From NCBI GenBank assembly GCA_020137815.1, contig CM035353.1, positions 8,680,001-8,744,000 of the forward strand: a DNA stretch of 64,000 bases. The letters run 5' to 3'. Source of the DNA: Hormiphora californensis (Eukaryota > Animalia > Ctenophora). Shown piece by piece: positions 39,071 through 49,507 of this stretch. A program made the translations under genes and the position numbers. The first letter of the stretch is position 1; every line of letters begins with the position of its first letter. The notes below the pieces were generated by a model. The model ran no database searches, was not told where the DNA came from, and saw only the letters and a list, made by a program, of their open reading frames with translations.

Positions 39071-42051
39071 ATGCCGGCGGCTTTAATCCAGGAGCAAACA
39101 GTAACACTAGGTGGAAAAGAGATGTCCTATGTCAGGAGTTGATCAGCCTCAATGAGAAGGGTGTTAATGTGCCCTTTATTGGTATCACTGAGTCCTGGCT
39201 AAAGGATTTTCATCTAGATGCCCAAGTTGCTATTCCTGGGTATGCTGTTGTACGTGCAGACAGGTCAAACCGGCAGGGTGGTGGGGCGCTACTCTATGTA
39301 GATGAGGGTATCCCAATGGAATGGTCATCTAGCTTTGATGACGGGAGGTGTGAAGCACTGTTTTGCAGATTTTCCTCGTGTTCTATGAGCGTTGCTGTGA
39401 TCTACCGACCCCCTGATACACCATCCTCAAGTTTTATTAACTCCCTTGATTTCTTGAAAAAACAGATAGAGAGAATAGACCCAGGTGACGATTTAGTTAT
39501 CATGGGTGACTTTAATCTTCCGGTCATCAACTGGGATACTATACATATAGGTGGTAGGTCTGCTGAGAATACCCGGTCGGCTCAGGCGTTGCTAGATTTT
39601 ATGGGATCTAATTTTCTAGAACAGTTTGTTAACCTACCTACTAGGGGTTCAAATATACTCGACCTGTTCTTGTCTAACCGGGAGAGTTTAGTGGAAAATG
39701 TGAGAGTGGTACCCACAGAGATTTCTGATCATAATTTGGTATCAGTAGGTCTCACTTTCCATCCAGTCTGCCCGAAACAGAGAAGGAGAATCAAGCCAGA
39801 GTCTTTTCGATCATTGGACTTTCATAACGGCGATTTTGATCTTCTCCGTGAGAAACTCAGTGAGATAGATTGGGTTGGTCTCCGACAGGCTACTGATTTT
39901 GAATCCTTTCCCTCGGTTTTCACGGATACGCTTTACCAAGTATGCTGTGGTGTCTTCCCGAAGGTTAAGATTCCTCGTGGCAGACCAAATTGTTTTAACA
40001 AGCTACGTAGACGGAAAAGAAAAATAAGATGTCGGATAGCTGCTATGTTAGAGAAGGGTCAGATTGCGCGGGCTGAGGAGTTATCAGATGAGCTCTCCAA
40101 GGTGTGCTTAGAAATCAGAGATCGAGTCTTGGCCAGAAAGGACCAGCATGAGAGGCGGGCCGTGGACAAGATAAAATCTGACCCACGATTCTTCTACTCC
40201 TTTGCGAAAATGTTTGCAAAAGGTGTATCCAGTATCCCTGTTATCACGGATATCAATGGAAAAACAACCACTGACACTAAAGAAATTGCCGATCTCTTTC
40301 AAAATCAATTCTGCAGTGTGTTCAGTAACCCAGACAACCCCAATACCCAGGATCCGGTCTTTGAATGCCCGGTTATTAAATTGGAAGACCTGGGAATCAC
40401 GCTGAGTGATGACGACATTATCAAAGCGTGTAAGGATCTGGTGACAACCTCCTCTCCAGGACCTGATGGTGTTCCTGCAAAGATCCTGAAGGAGGCTGCG
40501 GAGGCTCTGTCAGTACCCATTGGCCTTATTTGGAGAGAATCTATGGACCTGAGAGTAGTGCCCGAGTTTTACAAGATGGGCTATGTAGTCCCCCTGTTTA
40601 AGAAAGGCGATAGATCTTCTCTGAAAAATTACAGACCTGTAACCTTGACAAGCCATGTGATCAAGATTCACGAGCGAATCATGAGGGAACATATGGTTAA
40701 TTATTTCGAGCGTAATGGGCTTCTATCAAAGCGTCAGCACGGCTTCAGAGCGGGGAGGTCCACACTGACCCAATTATTGGGCCACTTCGACTGGGTGCTA
40801 AAATCCCTATGTGATGGAAACGACACAGACACAGTCTACCTGGACTATTCCCGTGCCTTCGACAAGGTAGACATACGGCTCCTCCTCCTCAAGATCAGAA
40901 GATATGGAGTGCATCCACAGATTGTGGATTGGCTGGAGTCATTTCTGTCTGGCCGGAAACAAACGGTTGTGCTAGAAGGGTGTCACTCAGTAATAGCAGT
41001 AATCATCAGCGGTGTCCCTCAGGGGACGGTGCTGGGCCCCCTCTTATTCTTGATATTTCTGAATGATTTGGAGGGTGAAGTGCTTGATGCCCTTCTAAGC
41101 TTCTTTGCTGATGACTCCAGAGTGGGCATGGAAATCTCTGATAAGGAGGATTGCGAGAAGTTACAGAAAGACTTGGATCGTGTGCATCAGTGGGCTGAAA
41201 GAAATAATATGAAGCTCAATGAAGAGAAATATGAGTTAATGGTGCATCGTCACAATCGCTCATCTCTCATGAACCACATGCCGATGTCTGCGGTGTACTA
41301 CTACACTAGTGGTGGAGAGATCCTTCTACCATCTGATCAGCTCAGAGACTTGGGCGTTACAGTTTCTGAAGATCTCTCCTGGAGGCCGCATTATGTCAAT
41401 CTGACCACAAGAGGCAGAAGAATGTCCCAGTGGATACTCAGCGTTTTTAGTGGCAGAGATACAGTCCTCATGATAACTCTCTATAAGAGCCTAGTGAGGA
41501 GCACAATGGAGTATTGCTCTCCTCTGTGGTGCCCCCAATTGGTCGGTGACATACAGCTCCTTGAATCGGTTCAAAGAAGGTTTACTGCCAAGATTTCTGG
41601 TCTTCAGGACAGTGACTACTGGGAACGCCTAAAAATCCTTGGACTCATGTCATTACAAAGGAGGCGTGAAAGGTACTCCATCCTGCACATGCACAAGATT
41701 CGACATGAAGCAGTACCAAATGATGTCAATGTCGCCTTCTACCGAACATCGAGGCATGGGCTGAAGGCGGTGATACCTGATCTTGCAAGGGTCAAGAGCA
41801 AGAGAAACTCTTCTCTCTATAGCTCATCATTTGGCTCAGTGGGTCCTAGGCTGTGGAATTCATTGCCAAAAGACCTTAGAGAAATTGCAGATCAGGCTGA
41901 ATTTAAGGCGAACCTGGATAGCTTCCTTCGTGAAGTGCCGGACCTACCGCCTACAACCGGGTACTCATCACAGAACAGAAACTCACTGAGCGAGTGGTGC
42001 TGTGGATCCGGAACGATAAATGTGGCGGTCCTTGGAAGGATGGCCCTCTGA
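39061..42051 (+). CDS. LINE ORF2 protein, about 996 aa: APE endonuclease + reverse transcriptase
   Basis: ITESWL, IYRPP, MGDFNLP, ILDLFL, SDHN (APE); NYRPVTLTS, QHGFR, YLDYSRAFDKV, GVPQGTVLGP, FADD, RDLGV (RT). Its ATG overlaps the last 10 nt of ORF1. Confidence 0.95.
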   Translation: MLLNAGGFNPGANSNTRWKRDVLCQELISLNEKGVNVPFIGITESWLKDFHLDAQVAIPGYAVVRADRSNRQGGGALLYVDEGIPMEWSSSFDDGRCEALFCRFSSCSMSVAVIYRPPDTPSSSFINSLDFLKKQIERIDPGDDLVIMGDFNLPVINWDTIHIGGRSAENTRSAQALLDFMGSNFLEQFVNLPTRGSNILDLFLSNRESLVENVRVVPTEISDHNLVSVGLTFHPVCPKQRRRIKPESFRSLDFHNGDFDLLREKLSEIDWVGLRQATDFESFPSVFTDTLYQVCCGVFPKVKIPRGRPNCFNKLRRRKRKIRCRIAAMLEKGQIARAEELSDELSKVCLEIRDRVLARKDQHERRAVDKIKSDPRFFYSFAKMFAKGVSSIPVITDINGKTTTDTKEIADLFQNQFCSVFSNPDNPNTQDPVFECPVIKLEDLGITLSDDDIIKACKDLVTTSSPGPDGVPAKILKEAAEALSVPIGLIWRESMDLRVVPEFYKMGYVVPLFKKGDRSSLKNYRPVTLTSHVIKIHERIMREHMVNYFERNGLLSKRQHGFRAGRSTLTQLLGHFDWVLKSLCDGNDTDTVYLDYSRAFDKVDIRLLLLKIRRYGVHPQIVDWLESFLSGRKQTVVLEGCHSVIAVIISGVPQGTVLGPLLFLIFLNDLEGEVLDALLSFFADDSRVGMEISDKEDCEKLQKDLDRVHQWAERNNMKLNEEKYELMVHRHNRSSLMNHMPMSAVYYYTSGGEILLPSDQLRDLGVTVSEDLSWRPHYVNLTTRGRRMSQWILSVFSGRDTVLMITLYKSLVRSTMEYCSPLWCPQLVGDIQLLESVQRRFTAKISGLQDSDYWERLKILGLMSLQRRRERYSILHMHKIRHEAVPNDVNVAFYRTSRHGLKAVIPDLARVKSKRNSSLYSSSFGSVGPRLWNSLPKDLREIADQAEFKANLDSFLREVPDLPPTTGYSSQNRNSLSEWCCGSGTINVAVLGRMAL

Positions 42052-42127
42052 TTTATAGCTACACATCAAAAGTATCAAAAGTAAGTATCTCTCTCTCTCT
42101 CTTATCAAACTCCCTGATTTACCCCAT

Positions 42128-43635
42128 TAGTCCAGGCAAAGTTCGATTTAAAATCGGCATTTCTGCATAAAAGCAAATTCCGGTTGATTTTGGTCAATTC
42201 GAGTATGCTGATCACGACTATAAACTTTTAGTGAACTTTTTCGATGGGGAAAGTGGCTTAATTGGCCTTAATTGGCCTTAATTGTAAATGTGTCTAAAAT
42301 ATATTCTGCCTAGCTCAAAAAATCAGGAAAAATTCACTGATTATTGGAAAAATATTTTCAGATTTTATTTGTGTCGAAAATAGGCGGAATTGGCCTAATT
42401 GGGCATAATTGGGTGTAATTACTAGAATTCAAAATGTATTCTGCATAGCTCAAAAAATCGGGAAAAATTCACTGATTATCGGAAAAATATTTTCAGATTT
42501 TATTTGTGTCGAAAATAGGCGGAATTTGCCTAATTGGGCATAATTGGGCGTAATTACTAGAATTTAAAGTTTATCAAAAATGAGTTTTATACAGCTTAAA
42601 AAATCGAGAAAAATAAGCTGATTATCAGAAAAATACTATTGGAATTCATTTTTGTCTCAATTAGACGGTAGAGCTAATTAAAAACCAATTAACTCACCAA
42701 ATTGATGATGCGCGACATAAATGAGCCTCAGGAATGAGAAATTCAACTTAAAAAGCTAATTTCTTCACTAATGTGTCCCCAAGGGTCTCTCCTAACACCA
42801 CAGAAAATCCTAACATCCGGTGCGATCTTTTTCCGGGTCCAAAACTCCGATTTTTACGATTTTCAGTTTCTCGCTCACAGCACATGGTGTGCATGTACAA
42901 TACCCCGGAAATGAACATGTTGATCCTCGCACCGGATGTTAGGATTTTCTGTGGTGTTAGGAGAGACCCTTGGGGACACATTAGTGAAGAAATTAGCTTT
43001 TTAAGTTGAATTTCTCATTCCTGAGGCTCATTTATGTCACGCATCATCAATTTGGTGAGTTAATTGGTTTTTAATTAGCTCTACCGTCTAATTGAGACAA
43101 AAATGAATTCCAATAGTATTTTTCTGATAATCAGCTTATTTTTCTCGATTTTTTAAGCTGTATAAAACTCATTTTTGATAAACTTTAAATTCTAGTAATT
43201 ACGCCCAATTATGTCCCAATTAGGCAAATTCCGCCTATTTTCGACACAAATAAAATCTGAAAATATTTTTCCGATAATCAGTGAATTTTTCCCGATTTTT
43301 TGAGCTATGCAGAATACATTTTGAATTCTAGTAATTACACCCAATTATGCCCAATTAGGCCAATTCCGCCTATTTTCGACACAAATAAAATCTGAAAATA
43401 TTTTTCCGATAATCAGTGAATTTTTCCTGATTTTTTGAGCTAGGCAGAATATATTTTAGACACATTTACAATTAAGGCCAATTAAGGCCAATTAAGCCAC
43501 TTTCCCCATCGAAAAAGTTCACTAAAAGTTTATAGTCGTGATCAGCATACTCGAATTGACCAAAATCAACCGGAATTTGCTTTTATGCAGAAATGCCGAA
43601 ATTTGGCCTATTTTTTTAGAACTTTTCCTGGACTA
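42128..43635. mobile_element. 1.5-kb palindromic non-autonomous element, TAG...CTA termini, 3-bp TSD (Academ-like)
   Basis: cat|tagtccagg ... cctggacta|cat. Near-perfect inverted arms of about 670 bp (about 42156-42822 vs 42930-43598) around a spacer of about 100 bp. Confidence 0.8.
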
Positions 43636-44325
43636 CATCGATGATATCCGTAACCCGGGCCGGGCAAAGGTGTCAGTTTGACAACAAAAGTGGTCACCTT
43701 TCCAGCCAACTAATTTCTGTTAGTTTTTGGCATAATTGGGTATATTTTTGGTATTTTCTGATGTGAAATACGAAGTAAGACACGTCTGGAAGTAGCAGAA
43801 TGTGTAAAGACCGTCAGGAATCGCTAAAACACGAAAATTTTGATTTCGACGTCATTATGACGTCATAGCGTGACGTCACGACGTTATAACGTCATGATAG
43901 TGAAGTAGTATTATCAGGCTTACCCAGATAAAGATGCTGACCAAGTTTGAGATCGATTGGACAAGAATTGAGGTCGCTATGGCGAAAAACGCACTATCGT
44001 CATATCTATTTTCATACAGTCTTAAAACTTCAGACGCGATTTAAGACCCTTGGAAATAGAGTTTCACAAATTCGCAATATAGTTTCTGAAAGTTTAGACG
44101 ATTATCTTTCATAAGTGTGGTCTCCGTTTTCCAATCAGAAGCCGTCTTCAGGGTGTAAATTGAGCTCAAAGAAATTTGGTCGATTTGAAAAATGTCTTAA
44201 CTTTATGACAGTTTTTAAGGACGTTCTGGTTGGACCTAGAACATGAAAACCGTCCAATAACACAATTCAAACGATTATCTTTTGAATGATTCAAACGAGA
44301 AGTGTCTATCTCTTGTAGTTTTTCC

Positions 44326-45942
44326 AGTGCCTACATCACCAAACGTCTATCAGCAAGGCACTCTTGGGCACCGCCAGCATATGCTCTAGCTAAGGACCAC
44401 AAATCGGATTTCCCTAACTGCAAGGTCCGGATAGTACAGCCAATTAGGGGTAGTGCTATCGAAAAACTAGATCTCTTGGTAGGTAAGGTTCTCAGCCATA
44501 TCACACCGCACCTGATGTACCGTGTGCCGAGCAGCCAGAGTTTCATCTCCACCCACCTCCGGTCCCTGCCACCCACTTCACCATCCGACCCCTACCACCA
44601 GGTCTCTATGGACATCGTCTCGATGTACCCTAACCTCCCCACTGGAGACCGGGCACTCAGCGTTGTCAAGAGTTACTTGATTGGACGAGGGATTGACACT
44701 TTGGGGTTCTTGCCAGAGGACATTGTTGAGATGCTTCGGTTCGTTCTTACTAATACATATGCACGAGCCGGCTCACAGCACTTTAAACAACGGAAAGGAG
44801 TAGGAACAGGGTATCATTCATCAGCCCCGTATGCCGAGATCATCGTTGACTACACGTACAAAGAGGCCCTCAACACCCTCAACCCTCTTCAGCAGCCCAT
44901 ATCGTTAGCAACGTATGTGGACGATAGTCACTCCATATGGAGAAATCCAGATGATCACGAACACCTCCTGTCGGCTTTGAATAACGTCTGGCCAACACAA
45001 CTCAGGTTCACAGTTGAGAAGAGTGAAGAAGGAAAACTCAGTTTCCTCGACATTCTGATTGACTTGCAAAACGGTACAGCTGATTATGAATTGTTCCAAA
45101 AACCCACTCACTCGGGACAATACCTTCATTTCATGTCACACTGCCCCATGCAAATCAAAATAAACATCATCACCAGTGAGGCACGTCGTATCATGACACT
45201 CTGCTCAACCCCAGAGAAAGCCTGGCCACACCTTGAGAAGCTCAGGATGAACTTTCTATCCTCGGGCTACCCGCTCCAGACAGTCTCAATTAACATCGCT
45301 AAGGCTGTTCAAAATTTCCTATCCCCTCCCCCTTCTCCCCCAAACACGACCTTGAGACCCGGCCCCACCTTCATCCTAAAAGTACCCTACACCAATGAGG
45401 GCACTCTACGCATGATGAGGTCGGCAATCTCCAAGTCTGGACTACCTATTCGACTCGTCCCCACGTCAGGCACTACTATTGCCAATCTCATCAAGAGAAG
45501 GCAATGTCAACACACCACCACCAATGAACGATGTCCTCCCCCAACCCAGCTGGCACCATACTGTGCACTCCACGAACAAGATGTGGACTGTCAAAGGACG
45601 CATGTGGTGTACCACGCCACATGCAAGCAGTGCCAGGCAACCTATATTGGCACAACTGGACGGCGCCTCTTAGACCGAATCATCGAGCATGAGGCCAGCT
45701 TTAGACTGAACAACAACAAGTCCCCCCTCAGCACCCACGCCCGCACAGTTCACGGCATCACTGGTTCAAACGATAGGGGACGAGGAAGTCGAGACCTGCC
45801 CCGGTTCCTCGAGGACGTGTACACTATCAAGATATTGGACCAGGCGAGAGATACCCTAGGGGGGTACATCAGAGAAGACTATCACATTAATGAACTCAAA
45901 CCTGAAATCAATGGGACAAATAGAAATGGTTACGTTTTTTAG
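44326..45942 (+). CDS. Penelope-like RT + C-terminal GIY-YIG endonuclease (N-terminally truncated)
   Basis: YALAKDHK..RIVQ, SMDIVSMYPN, FKQRKGVGTG, YVDD, LSFLDILI, QKPTHSGQYLHFMSHCP; VVYHATCKQCQATYIGTTGRRLLDRIIEH..REDYHINELKPEIN. Open to the stop at 45942. Confidence 0.92.
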   Translation, partial: SAYITKRLSARHSWAPPAYALAKDHKSDFPNCKVRIVQPIRGSAIEKLDLLVGKVLSHITPHLMYRVPSSQSFISTHLRSLPPTSPSDPYHQVSMDIVSMYPNLPTGDRALSVVKSYLIGRGIDTLGFLPEDIVEMLRFVLTNTYARAGSQHFKQRKGVGTGYHSSAPYAEIIVDYTYKEALNTLNPLQQPISLATYVDDSHSIWRNPDDHEHLLSALNNVWPTQLRFTVEKSEEGKLSFLDILIDLQNGTADYELFQKPTHSGQYLHFMSHCPMQIKINIITSEARRIMTLCSTPEKAWPHLEKLRMNFLSSGYPLQTVSINIAKAVQNFLSPPPSPPNTTLRPGPTFILKVPYTNEGTLRMMRSAISKSGLPIRLVPTSGTTIANLIKRRQCQHTTTNERCPPPTQLAPYCALHEQDVDCQRTHVVYHATCKQCQATYIGTTGRRLLDRIIEHEASFRLNNNKSPLSTHARTVHGITGSNDRGRGSRDLPRFLEDVYTIKILDQARDTLGGYIREDYHINELKPEINGTNRNGYVF

Positions 45943-46302
45943 AGAGAAATTTAATTGTGTGTGTGTGAGTGAGTGAGAGTGTATGATTATATATATATGT
46001 GTGTGTGTGTGTATAGGTGAGCGTATGTATGCGAGAGAGAGAGAGAGAGAGAGAGTAGGTATGTCCCTGGTTTTACCCTCGTCTCGTGTTTCAACACTGT
46101 AATTAACAGTGCCCCCCCCCCCCCCCCCCCGGTTTTGTCTAGTCCTCTGTTTAGTTCTCTGTTTGCTCCATGTCTTCTCGTTGTCTTAGTTGTTTCCCCC
46201 AACCCCGTCCCCGTCCCCCACCCGTTGTTCGCTGTCAACTTGTTCTATCTTTGATTTATGATTATATTGTATACCAGTGTCTGTAATCATTTCATTTCAA
46301 TT

Positions 46303-46341
46303 TTAGTTCCTGAATGAAGCCGCAAGGCGAAAGCTAGAAAC
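46303..46341 (+). ncRNA. Minimal type I hammerhead ribozyme-like motif in the Penelope pLTR
   Basis: ttc-CTGA(AT)GA-a-GCC-gcaa-GGC-GAAA-gc-TA-gaa: both core boxes, a GNRA-capped stem II, palindromic AGCT in place of stem III, and a short TTC/GAA stem I. Confidence 0.65.
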
Positions 46342-46534
46342 GACGACTTTTTCTACCCGTGTTCAACACCCTTCTTTACGGCGGCGCCCCTTCCTCTCCT
46401 AGTATCACACTAGAACGGAAGATCCACGTTCATTATGTCCCCCGCCAAGGTCACATACACACTCTGTGTGCTAAATCTCAGAAAATTGTCTGCAAATTGT
46501 GTAAAAAAGCGTCTATATATATGTATGTATGTAT

Positions 46535-49507
46535 TATACCAAAACTAATTAAAATTAGTAGGCCGGAAAGGTTGCCCTATGATTTGAGCTACCTTTGCCA
46601 CCGTAACATTCACGGGCTATAACAGACAGGGTACAGATGCTTCGTCTATCTTCAAAAGGTAATGTGCCGGTGCCAAAGGTAGCTCAAATCATAGGGCAAC
46701 CTTTCCGGCCTACTAATTTTAATTAGTTTTGGTATAATTTGCATCATTTTTGGGATTTTTTATCCATTTAGATGTAGTAGAACAGATAGGGGGGTACGTC
46801 ACCTTTTTTTTTGCCCACTGCCCACATTATTCTTAAATTTTGAATTTGCCCACATGGGCAAAAGTGGGCAAAAGTGGGCAAAAGTAGGCAAAAGTAGGCA
46901 AAAAAAATGGGGGGGGGGGCCGGCTGAAGTTTTTGAAGTTTGAAGTTTTCCACCCTACTTTTTGAGTTTTTGAAGTTTTTGAAGTTGACTTCAAAAACTT
47001 CAAAAACTTCAAAAACTCTAAACTACTTTTTTATGCTATCAGTGACTATTATTACACTTGTTTAGGTTAGTTTCATGCTTAATACATATTGTGGCAAAGT
47101 TATCCGTACTTGTCTGCACTTTTTCTACCACAAATTAGGATATTTACAATGATTCCTAACCATGAAATCCATGACACAATTTGGTGTAAAAAATTTAAAT
47201 TTTTTGTAAAAACAGATTTTATTTTCATTCTATAACTCAAAATATTGCCTAGAAAATGCTAAGAAAGTGTTTAAAAATTATGAAGTAAATTTTCAAAATT
47301 TTTTTTGGGGCCACACCCTTTTTGCCAGTTTCACAAAATGCAAATTTTTTATGAAGGGAGTAATGAAAAAAATATGGTCACCAAAATCATCAGCGGCCTC
47401 GAGTTAGTGGGGGTACGTGCCAAAATGAAGTCTCCACCTCATCTAATTCGAGGGATAATGGGATATTATCATAATTTTGTGTGTGCGCATGACTTTTTTT
47501 TGGCTAGACCAGTTTTAATGGTTTATGAGTGACTATAGGCTTTTTAAAGGGGTGCATCTTGTTTGGAATATGCAAGTTTATATAAGAGTTATGAAGCAAC
47601 ATAGGGCCTATCTCCAACGGTTTAGGAGATATGAGTTTTTGAAGTTTTTGAAGTTTTTGAAGTTTTCCACCCTAAGTTTCTCTTTGAAGTTTTTGAAGTT
47701 GACTTCAAAAACTTCAAAAACTTCAGCCGGCCCCCCCCCAAAAAAATTAAATCCATAAAAAATATATGCTATCAACCAGGTAATCGTCTGTGACAAAGGT
47801 TTTTCACCACTAATGTCCTCCTAGAGGTCCCCCCTATCGATTCCAACCGATAATTTATTTGCTCAGGGTTGATAAGGCTCCATATCCAACTGGGAAAAAT
47901 GGGCAAAATATGTTGGTAAAATTAGGAAAATTGGTCATTTTAGGCACGTTTCTCACATAATTGGAGTGGAAAATTTTTCTGGTTTTTCTGGGACCCCATT
48001 GGAGTACAATCCAAGTGGAAAACCTTTGTTATGTATCAGTTCCCTAAATAGCCCCAAAATGACGAAAAATCACTGGCCTTTGCCTAATTTTGCCAAAAAT
48101 TTTTGCCCACTTTTGTCCAGTCGGACATGGAGCCTTATCAACCCTAAGTCATAAGTAAGTACATTAATTATCGGTTGGAATCGATAGAGGGGACCTCTTG
48201 GAAGACATTGGAGGTGAAAAACATTTGTCACAGAGGGTTTTTCTGGTAAAGTTTTGATGCTTATAATACTTTTGCCCACTTTTTGCCCACTTTGCCCACA
48301 TTATACCTGTTTTTTGAGATTTCAGTTTGCCCATGTGGGCAAATGTGGGCAAATGTGGGCAAAAAAAAAGGTGACGACCCCCCCAACAGATACGGAGAGT
48401 ATGGAATCGCTAAACTGAAAAAATTTCATTTTTGACGTCATTTTGACGTCATAAAATGACGTCACGATGTCATGACGTCACAATTAAAACGTCATATCAT
48501 CGGGATTACCTAGATAAAGATACTGACCAAGTTTGAGATCGATTGGATGAGATTTGAGTCCGCTATGGCGAAAAAACCCATATCGTCATATCTATTTTTA
48601 AACAGTCATAACACTTCAGACGCGTTTTAAGACCCTTATACATGTAGTTTTGAAAATTCACGATATAGTTTCTGAAAGTTTAGACAATTCTCTTTCCATG
48701 ATATAGTCTTTGTTTTTCGATTAGAATCCGTCTTCCGGGTCTAAATTGAACTCAAAGAATTTTGGTCAGAGTCTGAAAAATGACGACTTTAAGACGTTCT
48801 GTAGGACGTTCCTGGCGATGAAAAGAGACCCCATATCGACTAATGCACACACATCCAGTAGATCTACCAGCTGTGAAAACGAGAAGTTTCTATCTCTTTT
48901 CGTTTGGCGTGAATATGGTTTACAAAAAGCGTCTCTCCTACGCGCGCGCGCGCGCGCGCGTATATGCGTGTTACACTGAATTTATGGCAAATGGGACCTA
49001 TCTGTAACTTCGGTTCCAGATGAGATAAAGACTTGAAATTTTAAACTTGAGTCAAAGACCCCAAGCCGGGTATACATTCCAAATTTCAAGTCAAATGGAT
49101 GAAAGGGAGCCACGCTATAGCCTTCTAAAGTCTGGGTTTTCAGCCAAAACACCCATAAAACGTATAACTGCGTTTCTGGCGGCGCTTTGGGGGGGGGGGG
49201 AATGGCAACCTTTGCGCTTGCCAGCGCAGTGATGTATGTATGTATGTAGACCAGGGACATTTATTGCTTTTTTCACCATGTCATAACTCTGAAACTAAAA
49301 GAGATAGAGATTTGCCCTTTTGAACTCCAGTAGATCTAGTCTACATGACACTGTATACCAAATTTCAGACCGATTGGTGCTGCGGGGGCTTCGCTATGGG
49401 CGTCGCAAAATGCCATTTTTGGCTAAAAACTGAAAAAACTTATTACTGCTTTCTGGCACGCGCGGCTGGGGGGGTGGTGGTCACCTTTGCGCTTGCCAGC
49501 GCAGTGA
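46535..49507. mobile_element. Helentron/DINE-like non-autonomous repeats (homologue of 37460-37530 + 43655-44320)
   Basis: Terminal hairpin ttataccaaaactaatt...aattagttttggtataa resembles atgccaaaaactaacag...ctgttagtttttggcat. 48400-48900 aligns by eye with 43810-44320. (atgt)n tracts and gcgcttgccagcgcagtg hairpins at about 49215 and 49490. The class assignment is inference. Confidence 0.5.
46789..48384. mobile_element. Foldback element with poly-G termini and 8-bp TSD
   Basis: ggggggtacgtcacc(t)n gccca / tgggc(a)n ggtgacgaccccccc termini. aacagata is duplicated at 46781-46788 and 48385-48392. Internal 9-10-bp subrepeats (gggcaaaagt, tttttgaag). Confidence 0.82.

Larger units (their letters stand above)
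37640..42090 (+). mobile_element. Apparently full-length, intact CR1-group LINE inserted in a (CT)n tract
   Basis: Two long overlapping open ORFs, a very short 3' UTR ending atcaaaagtatcaaaagtaagta, and (CT)n on both sides. Confidence 0.92.
44324..46490 (+). mobile_element. 5'-truncated Penelope-like retroelement with 3' pseudo-LTR
   Basis: RT + GIY-YIG ORF followed by about 550 bp carrying a hammerhead motif. It interrupts a repeat whose uninterrupted homologue reads through at about 48875-48935. Confidence 0.9.
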
